From positions 1,053,273 to 1,117,272 of the forward strand of contig CAWGMQ010000007.1 of assembly GCA_963823665.1 (NCBI GenBank): a stretch of 64,000 nucleotides of DNA, read 5' to 3'. This document shows positions 20,881 through 29,710 of this stretch, in pieces. Numbering within the stretch: position 1 is the stretch's first letter; each line of letters begins with the position of its first letter. The DNA is from an uncultured Planctomycetota bacterium (GTDB lineage: Bacteria; Planctomycetota; Planctomycetia; Isosphaerales; Isosphaeraceae). The translations under genes were made by a program, and so were the position numbers. The notes beneath the pieces were generated by a model, which made no database searches, was not told the origin of the DNA, and was given only the letters and a program-made list of their open reading frames with translations.

Positions 20881-21192
20881 CTATCCCCGCCGCCACCTCG
20901 ACCCAGGTTTTGCACGGCTCGTACGTCCTCCCGGCTTCGCCGGGATTCCCAAACGCTTTCGCACCTCCGCACTCGAAAGTCCTCCCTCCGACTCCAACCT
21001 GACTCGTGACCGCTCCAAGATTGCGCCAAACTTGGGGTTGATACTGAGCAGCATGCTGGCAGCGTCGTCCTCGTCGGCCGGCACAACCGTTGCAACGACG
21101 CGTCCGTGATCAGTGAGCAGCAGAGGTAGAGAACAACCCGGCTTGACCTATGCGGCCAGCGCCGAGACCTGGGATATTTCAATGGCTTTCAC
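20881..21192 (-). pseudogene. Phd/YefM-like antitoxin with in-frame TAG at 21148-21150
   Basis: MKAIEISQVSALAA*VKP..PLLLTDHGRVVATVVPADEDD..LSINPKFGAILERSR..EGGLSSAEVRKRLG; GTGA overlap with the toxin remnant. Confidence 0.6.
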
Positions 21193-21290
21193 AGCTCGAT
21201 TCTCTCCTTTCCGATCCGCATCTCGTCATGGTTCTTGCCGCCCACCGCCGCTACAGTGATCCGAGGCTCCGGCTTTTTCTTCGAATCGGC
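21189..21290 (-). pseudogene. C-terminal remnant of a RelE/ParE-type toxin
   Basis: PEPRITVAAVGGKNHDEMRIGKERIEL* directly overlapping the antitoxin start. Confidence 0.45.
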
Positions 21291-21299
21291 GAAGTGGTC

Positions 21300-21490
21300 T
21301 GGTTGTAAACGCTCCAGGAGGCCCTTTTCTGCTCAATGAGTTGGAGAACTTAGGACCGGACCTCGTTCTTCCCGAGGCGCTCGGATGACGGCCCGAAGTG
21401 CCTCGCGACGAAGCTAAGCGCCACACGTAGGGGTTAAGTGCCCTCGTCGAGAGATTCTTAAGCTTCAGGTCCTCGATCATTCGGTAAGGC
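21300..21490 (-). pseudogene. N-terminal (SAM-like) remnant of a tyrosine integrase
   Basis: RMIEDLKLKNLS..YV, then shifted ARHFG.S.ERLG..EVR..LIEQKRASWSVYNQT. Confidence 0.55.
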
Positions 21491-21502
21491 CGGTCCGGAT
21501 AG

Positions 21503-21967
21503 TCAGGAATGCAAATTCGGGTCTTCGACCAGCAGTCCTTCGGCTTGGGCAGCCTTGTTGAGATCGACATCGGCAGAGACCAGGACGATTCCACCCAAGC
21601 CGATGGCGGTTCCTTGAGCCTTCAAGGTCAATGCCCCGGCAAGCTGCACGGCATCGTACGCTCGCAGTTCGCGGGCATTGGCCAGCTTGGCAGCGTCGGC
21701 CAGAAGGGCAGGCGTTACTTCGACCACGGTATATCGCCCGGCCAGATGCTTGCGAAACCGCGAGAGAAGCGAAGACGCCCGGGGAGGAAGCAGCGTGCCG
21801 CCTTTCCGCCGTCGAGCGATTGCAGCCGTTACCTCGACTACGGTGATACGGGAGAGATAAATATGATTAGAGGAATCCTGTCGGGTGAGACGGCGAACCC
21901 AGGCAGTTCCCATTTCCTGTACGTATCGCTTGACGAGGGCACTGCTGTCGAAGAAGTAAACCGCCAC
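21503..21967 (-). CDS. vapC: VapC/PIN toxin
   Basis: YFFDSSALVKRY, ITVVEV, LRAYDAVQLA and LVSADVDL..AA..EGL motifs. Confidence 0.9.
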   Translation of the reverse strand: MAVYFFDSSALVKRYVQEMGTAWVRRLTRQDSSNHIYLSRITVVEVTAAIARRRKGGTLLPPRASSLLSRFRKHLAGRYTVVEVTPALLADAAKLANARELRAYDAVQLAGALTLKAQGTAIGLGGIVLVSADVDLNKAAQAEGLLVEDPNLHS

Positions 21968-21968
21968 G

Positions 21969-22310
21969 TCAGCGACGCTCGCGCATAATTGTTTCCGAGA
22001 GTGGCTCGCCTACGATTTCGATGGGTTGATCATTGGGATCGTCGTCGTCAATGTCCTGTGCCGGATCGGGGAGCTGGGTGACAAGGCCGGCGGCGATCAG
22101 ACGTTGATTGAGCGCATCGATGAGCGACTCTTCCTCGGAAGATTCGGTAGCAGCTTCTGCGTTCTGAGGAGCCATTTCGGTTTCTCTGGGCATTTCCTGC
22201 TTGAGTCGGCTCAAGGCGTCGCGGATCACGTCGTCCTGGGACGCGTAGCGGCCGGTCAGCACGGCATTGTGCACAAATTGCTCGAGTTCTTTCGATAAAT
22301 GTATCGGCAT
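21969..22310 (-). CDS. Ribbon-helix-helix (ParD/CopG-like) antitoxin
   Basis: IHLSKELEQFV..AV..GRYAS.DDVIRDAL and C-terminal GEPLSETIMRERR; directly upstream of vapC. Confidence 0.8.
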   Translation of the reverse strand: MPIHLSKELEQFVHNAVLTGRYASQDDVIRDALSRLKQEMPRETEMAPQNAEAATESSEEESLIDALNQRLIAAGLVTQLPDPAQDIDDDDPNDQPIEIVGEPLSETIMRERR

Positions 22311-22499
22311 ATAGGCTGTCTCCAGTAAATCTCAGCTTAACACAGTCGACGTCCGGTGCCAACAACGGAATTTTGCTCCAGGTTCCCCTCAAGGGTCGCT
22401 GTTAGCCGCTGGAAACGCCTCCTCTCCCAGTGGTCGGCCGGTTTGTTCGTACGATCGAAGCAACTTTGTGTCCTGCACTCGAGTCACTCTCGCCAGTTT

Positions 22500-22810
22500 G
22501 AAGAAACAGGGACAGATCCGTTCATGGCAATCTAGACAACCAGTCTAATCTTCTCGCGCCACGCTCCGATCGTTTCCCACCTTCCGCGGCCGCCCCGGCG
22601 GACGATACGCGGATTCGAGCCCAAGGCGCCTCGCGAAGTCCTTCCGCCGATCGGGTCGGACGTACGGGCGCCCTCGCTGTACGCACGGCGAACCGCTTCC
22701 AATGCCCGCCCCTCGTCGCCCTGATTGACTTGCCCGAACCAATTTGGTCGCACTTCAACGGGCCAAGCTGCCAAGCGATTGCATGGATCCGCGTCGGCGA
22801 CACATCGTGT
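22500..22810 (-). pseudogene. Internally deleted RAYT remnant (C-terminal part)
   Basis: WFGQVNQ..LEAVRR, VQRGRPY and ARRLGLESAYRPPGRPRK spread over frames; end sequence shared with 24415-24470. Confidence 0.65.
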
Positions 22811-22862
22811 GCTTCTTTGGGTCGGGAGAACGGATCGCTCCGTCGGATGCCCTTCTCATGTC

Positions 22863-23060
22863 TCATGAATGTGTCATTGGATCGTCCACAGTCAGTCCTT
22901 CGGCTGTGGCGGCTATATTCAGGTCACGGTCAGATGAAACCAGTGTCACCGGCCCGAGCCCGGCAGCCTCCTGGAGCCGGTGGACATCAAGAGCAACCGC
23001 CAGTTGGACGGCATCATAGGCTCTGAGTTTCTGCTTGCGGGCGGTCAACATCGCCGCCGC
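22863..23060 (-). pseudogene. VapC C-terminal fragment
   Basis: LRAYDAVQLAVAL...LVSSDRDLNIAATAEGLTVDDP without a PIN N-terminus. Confidence 0.7.
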
Positions 23061-23292
23061 AAGAATCCGCCATTCAGCGGCGCTCACGGATGACAGTCTC
23101 GGAAAGCGCCAACCTATCCGTTAATGCTTGTTTGGCAAAGAGTTCGATTCACCCCCGGCGGAGCCCGAGTCTCTGTTGAGCGTCTGCGGCCTAGTGCACA
23201 CCGATGCGAAATCGGGTAAATAGGATGCACCACAGCGTTCACTCGAGCGCCGTCACGGGCGCTCGCCAAAAGAAGCAACGGCGAGGGATTTT

Positions 23293-24387
23293 ATGTTCAA
23301 ACCTCTGATGACGTTTTTGATCACGGTTCTCGCAAGCTCCAGCGTGTCGGCCCAGCCGCAGGCGCGAAAGTTCGATGACCCGGGTGCCCCGCCATTCAAG
23401 GTGTTGAAAGAGGGCGAGAACCCTCCGCTCGACGCCTACGACAACTTCGTCATCGGGCCGAACTACGTGCCCGCGCCGGAACGCAAGAAGGTCGAGAGCG
23501 TTCCTGAAGGGAAGCTGGAGCAGTTCGTCATCGACTCGAAGGAGACCAAGCTCTTCAATCCCGGCATCGCCCGCAACGAGTTCGGGAAGGTGGACCCGAA
23601 CAATCCGAAGACGCTGATCGTCGAGACCCACCCCATCGACTACAAGCGGAGGGTCGGCGTCTACATCCCCGCCCAGTACAAGGCAGGGGCCGACGCACCG
23701 TTCATGGTGGTCCACGACGGACCCGGCCAGGCCAGCGGCTATAAGACGATTCTCGACAACCTGATTCACCAGAAGCGGATTCCGCCGATTGTCCTCATTT
23801 CCATCGGCAATGGCGGTGGCGATGCCCAGGGGCACGAGCGCGGCAAAGAGTACGACAACATGAACGGCGACTACGCCGAATACATCGAGACCGAGGTGCT
23901 GCCGCGAGTGGAAAAGAACTGCGGGGTCAAGCTGACGAAAGACCCAGACGGTCGCGCGGCGATGGGGAACAGCTCCGGCGGCTCGGCGGCGCTCATCATG
24001 GCCTGGTTCCGCGACGACCTGTACCACCGCGTGCTCACGACTTCGGGCACCTTCGTGAACCAGGCGTGGCCGTTCAATCCGAAATACCCGGACGGGGCCT
24101 GGGGCTTCCACGAGACGCTCATCCCCAACAGCCCCAAGAAGCCCATTCGACTGTTCATCTCCGTTGGCGACGCAGACCTGAAGAACCCCAACGTGATGCG
24201 GGACGGGATGCACGACTGGGTTGAGGCCAACCACCGTATGGCCAAGGTGCTCAAGGCCAAGGGGTATGAGTATCAGTACCTGTTCTGCCGCGGGGCCCGG
24301 CACAGCGTCGGCAACGCCCAGCAGCAGTTCCTCCCGCACGCCATTGAGTGGGTGTGGAAAGGGTATTCCCCAAAGACGGACAAATAG
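23293..24387 (+). CDS. Secreted alpha/beta-hydrolase esterase (enterochelin esterase-like)
   Basis: Signal peptide; VYIPAQY, MVVHDG, ERGKEYD and nucleophile elbow GNSSGG. Confidence 0.85.
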   Translation: MFKPLMTFLITVLASSSVSAQPQARKFDDPGAPPFKVLKEGENPPLDAYDNFVIGPNYVPAPERKKVESVPEGKLEQFVIDSKETKLFNPGIARNEFGKVDPNNPKTLIVETHPIDYKRRVGVYIPAQYKAGADAPFMVVHDGPGQASGYKTILDNLIHQKRIPPIVLISIGNGGGDAQGHERGKEYDNMNGDYAEYIETEVLPRVEKNCGVKLTKDPDGRAAMGNSSGGSAALIMAWFRDDLYHRVLTTSGTFVNQAWPFNPKYPDGAWGFHETLIPNSPKKPIRLFISVGDADLKNPNVMRDGMHDWVEANHRMAKVLKAKGYEYQYLFCRGARHSVGNAQQQFLPHAIEWVWKGYSPKTDK

Positions 24388-24414
24388 GCGTAGGAGCCGG
24401 ACACCTAACCTGAG

Positions 24415-24777
24415 AGAAACGGGGACAGGTCCGTCTATGGCAATCTAGGCAGCCAGTCTAATCCCCTCGCCCCTCCCTCGAACCATCTCCCACCTTCCCC
24501 GACGGGCGCCCTCGCTATACGCATCGCCGGAGTGCTGCCAGTTCCCGATCGCCGTCGGCCTGATTGACTCGCTCGACCCAATTCGGTGGCACTCGAGCGC
24601 GCCAAGCTGCCAAGCGAAGTCACAGATCCGCATCGGCGACTCATCGCGTGTTTCCCGCAAAACCGCCTCAACTGCGTGATAATCCGCCGGCTTATCGAAC
24701 AACGGCATGCGCACCACGCCTCGAATCAAGACGTGGAAAACCATGCCGCTTGAGGCGACCCGTGCTGTTCTCAGCAT
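24415..24777 (-). pseudogene. Internally deleted RAYT (Y1 transposase) remnant
   Basis: MLRTARVASSGMVFHVLIRGV.RM.LFDK.ADY..PMRIC with the HUH region missing; 3' part homologous to 22500-22810. Confidence 0.7.
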
Positions 24778-24790
24778 CGACCCAAGCTTC

Positions 24791-25170
24791 CAATACTGCG
24801 GGAAGAGGCTAACGCGTGACCCCACGAAGTCGAATCGCTGGCGTTAGCCCCGCTGACCTGCGTCCATCAAAAACGTACACAGCTCACGAGTGGCGCTTTG
24901 CGAACCGCAAGCTATCCGCGCCGCCCCCTCGGCCGAGGCTTTTGGACGACTCGCAGGTCCTCCCGGCTTCGCCGGGATTCCCAAACGCTTTCGCACCTCC
25001 GTACTCGAGAGTCCTCCCTCCGATTCCAGCCTCACTCGCGACCGCTCCAAGATTGCGCCAAACTTGGGGATGATACTGAGAAGCATGCTGGCACCGTCGT
25101 CCTCGTCCGCCTTGGGGATGATACTGAGAAGCATGCTGGCACCGTCGTCCTCGTCCGCTCGCACAACCGG
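24791..25170 (-). repeat. Diverged duplicate of about 20758-21090 (antitoxin C-terminus plus downstream DNA) with a perfect 48-bp tandem duplication
   Basis: Direct alignment by eye; unit 25063-25110 is repeated at 25111-25158. Confidence 0.8.
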
Positions 25171-25178
25171 GTTCGACT

Positions 25179-25655
25179 TTATTGCGGAGTGGCTCTCGAT
25201 GTAGGCGGAGCCGGCGTTAGAACATCCATCGGGGCCACAGCTGTTATCGCTGAATACTGTCGAAAATCTTGCGTGTTGAATGTCAGAAGGTGTGTCAGGC
25301 CGTGCACGAACATAGCCGCGACAAAGCGGGCATCGTGGGCATTCTTGCCGATAATTGGTGTCGAGGCGACGAGAGTTTTCCAGACACCATAAATAGGCTG
25401 GGTCTCATCGAGCCAGTGGAATAATCCCTCAAAGTACGTGATGTCAGCCAGGGCCTCAGCAGCCGTCTTGCCAAGTCCGTTTACGTTTGCTGGTCGAGTA
25501 GCTACAACCCAGAATTCATAAAAATTCTGGGAAACAACGCAAAGGGTGTGGGACTGGCGAATAAGAAGTGCCACCGCATCACGGGCCTGTTGATGCATGG
25601 CATGAGGTGGTTCAACGAGCCGTGTCAGAATGTTAGTGTCGACCAGATAATTCAT
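25179..25655 (-). CDS. vapC: VapC/PIN toxin
   Basis: YLVDTNIL, QNFYEFWVVATRP..NGLG, HDARFVAAM and LLTFNTQDF motifs. Confidence 0.9.
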   Translation of the reverse strand: MNYLVDTNILTRLVEPPHAMHQQARDAVALLIRQSHTLCVVSQNFYEFWVVATRPANVNGLGKTAAEALADITYFEGLFHWLDETQPIYGVWKTLVASTPIIGKNAHDARFVAAMFVHGLTHLLTFNTQDFRQYSAITAVAPMDVLTPAPPTSRATPQ

Positions 25656-26033
25656 TCGCCGCGACCAGCGTAGATGCTCTCGCGACTGTCATCCATGTTA
25701 TTAAGTCGTATGGTCTGCGATTCGACCAATTCGTTCAAGCGTCTGACCCACTCTTCAGGGTTGCTCTGCAGAGTGCGGGCGGGCAAGCTGAGACCATGCT
25801 TCTTTCGGAAGTCTTCCGAAACGTCGTTAAGTGGTTGGCTCTTTCCGGCAGCCATGTTCTTTAAGCTCTCTTCAATCGCTTGCATAGAGCTCTGCCGTTC
25901 CTCCGGCGTCTGATTCTCATCTTCCCAACGAGCCAGGGTTCTCGTTAAGCGTCAGCTTGGCTCCGCCCTTTGAGAGCTGCTCGTCGAGGAACTTCTTGAA
26001 CGCTACAACGTCGTTTGCTCTTTCGGTGCACAT
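25652..26033 (-). CDS. Putative antitoxin, frameshifted near 25940
   Basis: AGGAG RBS; MCTERANDVVAFKKFLDEQL... continues as LARWEDENQ...DDSRESIYAGRGE in the adjacent frame; overlaps the vapC start. Confidence 0.6.
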
Positions 26034-26099
26034 CGTGGGACGCTCCTTTTGCTACTTTTGAGCATATCACCAACCAGAGCAGGTCGTCAAAATCACCCC

Positions 26100-26250
26100 G
26101 GCGTTCTGAGGAGCCATTTCGGTTTCCCTGGGCATTTCCTCCCTGAGTCGGCTCAAGGCCTCGCGGATCACATCGTCCTGGGACGCGTAGCGGCCGGTCA
26201 GCACGGCATTGAGCACAAATTGCTCGAGTTCTTTTGATAAATGTATCGGG
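26100..26250 (-). pseudogene. Partial duplicate of the RHH antitoxin at 21969-22310
   Basis: PIHLSKELEQFVLNAVLTGRYASQDDVIREALSRL, near-identical DNA to 22158-22308, no start codon. Confidence 0.75.
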
Positions 26251-26353
26251 CTTCGGGTGTTCGCGCAGGGTAATGGCCAGCAGCGCGGCCTGGCGGCACA
26301 CCTCGCAATTTCCCTCGCTGATCCCAGCAACGAACCCGGCTCGCTCGATCACT

Positions 26354-26696
26354 TCACGCCGGATCCGCCTGCATGGCGGCCAGTTCGTTGCCACTCGGAT
26401 CGAGAAAATGGAAGCGGCGGCCGCCGGGAAAACTGAAGATCGCTTTGGTGACAGCCGCACCAGCCGCAGTGACAGCCGCAAGCGTCGCCTCCAAATCCGC
26501 AAACCTCGATCACGGGTAAAGGCGCCTTGGTCGCCTCCGCCGGGTCCGCCTGTAGACCAAGATCAACGTCCCCCGACATCGTGCACGCATAAGTCGGCCC
26601 GAAGCCGGTCATGCGCATGCCAAAAACACGCTCGAAAAAGACCTGGCTCGCCGCGAGGTCCCGCGTCGGTAACTCGATGAAATTGGGTCTGGCCAT
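26354..26696 (-). CDS. VOC/glyoxalase family protein, frameshift near 26500
   Basis: PNFIELPTRDLAAS..FFERVFG and FSFPGGRRFHFLDPSGNEL in two frames. Confidence 0.8.
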
Positions 26697-27086
26697 GACC
26701 GCCCTCGGTGGTTTGATGTCGTCGCGCGGATGACGCTGATACTTTTTCTATCACCGTTGCAGGCGTCAAGCAAGGTTGGTCGTAGGCGGAACATTCTGCC
26801 GTCAGCTCTAGGAAACGGGCACGGACTCTTGCGTGGTGTCTGATATAATCGCGAATTGTCGGGGTCATCGGGCCGAAGGGTTCGCGCCTGAGAAAGTATC
26901 ACGGCGTGCGCAGCCGATACCTTCATCAAAGAGCTTGACACAGAAGATCACTTCCGCTCGAGCGATCAAAATCGACGGCAGGCGGTCACGAACTGGTACA
27001 TCGTCTACGGCGACGACCTGGGACTCTCCTTGAACTCAGCCGGCAGTGACAGCCCTTGACGATCCTGAATCCCCGTGGCCCACGCC

Positions 27087-28753
27087 TCATGCGACGACCG
27101 CCGGTGCATTGAACCGCGCGGCCCGGACGCGCGGCCCGTTCAGGAAGCGACCCAGCCAGGTGTAGCGCACGACAGTCTGGTACGTCCACAATAGGAACCC
27201 GGTCACGACCGCGACGATGAGCAGGAACTTCACGTTCGTCGGCAGCGGCCAGTCCCGCACCCCGTACTGGACCGCGATGACCAGCGGCAGGTGCGCGAGG
27301 TAGAGCCAGTAGGCCGAATCCGACAGGTATCGCATCGCCGGGCTCTCGGCCGGGCAGAACCGCCGGAACAACCCCATGAGGCCGAACGTCATGAGCCAGG
27401 GATACGCCGCCTGCAACAAGACGGAGAGAACCCGGCGCGCCTGCGAGTCGGGCCCGAGCCCGACGCCCAGAGATCCGAGCCACCCCTCTTTGACGCCCAT
27501 CGCCACCGGAAAGACGACGAGGATCGCGATCGTAAGGGGGAGCCACCACCGCCCGCCGACGCGACCCGACCGGTCATCGAAGCCGTAATAGAGCGCCCCG
27601 AAGCCGAAGAAGATCGCGTAAAACGCCAGGATGTGGGGGATCGGCAGGAGGCCGGCCGAGCCTTCAGGACCGAAGATCGGGGAGTCGACGGTTACCATGA
27701 ACCTCGCGGGAATCATCGTCAGGGGCACCAGCCAGAGGTAGCGGGCGGGCGAGAGGACCAGCCACGCGGGCAGCCGGATCGCCGGCAATCGCGCGCCCAG
27801 GGCGGAGACCGCCGCCAGCCCCAGCACCAGCCACCAGAGGAACCACAGGAACCAGAGGTGATTAAAAAGAGGTATCTGCATGAGCATGTCGGCCACGCCC
27901 GCCCTCCGCCCCGCCGTCGCGCCCCGCCCGCGCAGGTACTCCGCGATCGCGGCCCTGCGGCTCGCCAGCCCGTCATCGAGCTCGATCTGAACCATTGACG
28001 CGATGAAACGTGCCGTCCCCTCGTCAACGGTCGCCGCCCCCAGCGGCGTCTCGCCGCGGTTGTTCGCCGCGTTGACGTCCGCGCCGTTCTGAACGAGCAC
28101 GTAGACGGCCTTCTCGTGGCCGAGAAGGGCCGCCGAATGCAGAGGCGAGCTGCGGTCCCCTTCGATCGCGTTGACGTCCGCGCCATGACGGATGAGCAGC
28201 TCGACGACCTCCGCGCGACCCGCCAGCGCCGCCCGTTGCAACGGCGTTGACCGATATTTGCCGCCCCGGCCGTTGACGTCCGCACCGTCCGCGAGGAGCC
28301 GCTCAACGGCGCCGACGTCTCCCGCGGCCGCCGCCTCCCATATGTCCGGCGCCCCCCCGCCGGCGCGACACTTGCCGCCTTCCCGGGGCCGGAGGACATC
28401 GCGACAGAGGAGATCCAGAACGTAGCCGGGACAATGGTCACCATCCCCAGCAGTAACGGGAGGAACACCCGGAAGAACCGATGCTTGACCAGCGACCAGC
28501 GGCCCCGCCGGTCCAGCAGCATCGCGCTGAAGAAGCCGCTCATGACGAAGAAAATCGGCATCCGGAAGCCGTGGATAGCCGAGAAGACGAACCCCAGGGC
28601 AGGATTCTGCTGGCGATCCGTGACGACCCACGCGACCGGAAAGAAAGACATGGAGGCGTGCAGTGCAATCCCTAGTAGCATGGCGACGGCCCGCAGGGCA
28701 TCCAGGTCGGATCGTCGGGCAAAGGCCGGATCCGCGATCCTAGGGGAAGACAT
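27087..28753 (-). CDS. Acyltransferase-3 (OpgC-like) with inserted ankyrin repeats, frameshift near 28365
   Basis: RRSDLDALRAVAMLLG..H, HGFRMPIFFVMSGFF, HLWFLW and RYLSDSAYWLYLAH motifs; ankyrin TPLQRAA/SPLHSAA/GADVN repeats. Confidence 0.85.
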
Positions 28754-28829
28754 CGTTGCGAAACCTCCCACAGCTCTTCACGATTCGCGATCAAGTCACA
28801 GAACTGGACAAAAATCGCCTATTGTTCCC

Positions 28830-28851
28830 TTGTTCTATTACAATAGTACAA
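28830..28851. promoter_or_regulatory. 22-bp AT-rich near-palindromic operator
   Basis: TTGTTCTATT-AC-AATAGTACAA (one mismatch), in the divergent intergenic region. Confidence 0.5.
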
Positions 28852-29078
28852 GTCGGCAAAAGGGATGTCAACCGTCGGTGCCAGAGAATTTACGAGCGAG
28901 ATCTCGGTTGAGCCGACCATCCGCGAGCTCGACCAAGTGATCTCGCGTTGACCCTTTCTTTGCTTATCAATATCCTTCCAAAGCTGAATTGTTGCGCGCG
29001 AGCGAATTAAAGCGCCGTGGACGGGAGAATTGAGTCCTAACGGAGGAAACCTCACATGCGCACGGCAACTTTCGCAAG

Positions 29079-29705
29079 GTGCGCCTTCCGGTATTCCTGG
29101 GCATCCTGATCATCGGATGTGTTCCGCGCGCTCAAGCCGCTCCGCTCTACTCGGTTGTCGACCTGGGGCTTCAGTCGGCGAATCCTGTGGTTCCAGACAC
29201 GCTTCTCGATCCGAGATTGACCAACGCTGCCGGCGACTCTGTCTCAACGATTCCGATTTCTGCGCAACCGGCTTCGAATGGCACGCCGGTTTCGCTTGGG
29301 CCAACGGGCTTCTATGCCGAGTTCGTACCGCACAACGGGACCGCGCTGCAAATAGGGCTGCAAGGCTCCGATTTCACCAATAGCGCAGCGGCTGCCATTA
29401 ACGATTCCGACCAGGCGGTCGGCGAGTCGTGGAGCACGGCTGGAATCTCGCACGCGTTCGTCTTCACTGGCGGACAGACCATTGATCTGAACAATTTGAT
29501 TCCCTCCGTACCCTCGTGGACGGTCACCAGTGCAGTCAGCATTGACGATCAGGGTCGGATCCTGGCGGACGCGACAAGTGGCGGCGTAAGTCATATGGTT
29601 ATGCTCGTCCCTGACGCCGTGCCTGAGCCCTCGATGATGGTAATCGGGCTGTTTCTGCTTGGTGGCGCCGGGATCTGCATGGCACGGCGCAAGCTTGCCC
29701 CCTGA
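29079..29705 (+). CDS. PEP-CTERM sorting-domain protein with HAF-type repeat
   Basis: Signal peptide; AAAINDSDQAVG..SHAFVF..IDLNNLI; C-terminal VPEPS + TM + RRK. Confidence 0.85.
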   Translation: MRLPVFLGILIIGCVPRAQAAPLYSVVDLGLQSANPVVPDTLLDPRLTNAAGDSVSTIPISAQPASNGTPVSLGPTGFYAEFVPHNGTALQIGLQGSDFTNSAAAAINDSDQAVGESWSTAGISHAFVFTGGQTIDLNNLIPSVPSWTVTSAVSIDDQGRILADATSGGVSHMVMLVPDAVPEPSMMVIGLFLLGGAGICMARRKLAP

Positions 29706-29710
29706 CCGCC

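Noticed and set aside
20777..24850. GCTAAC...GTTAGCC pairs at about 20777-20819 and 24807-24849 as integron attC sites
   Set aside because: Only about 43 bp, no internal L-box pairing, both lie within one duplicated segment, and there is no integron integrase in the window
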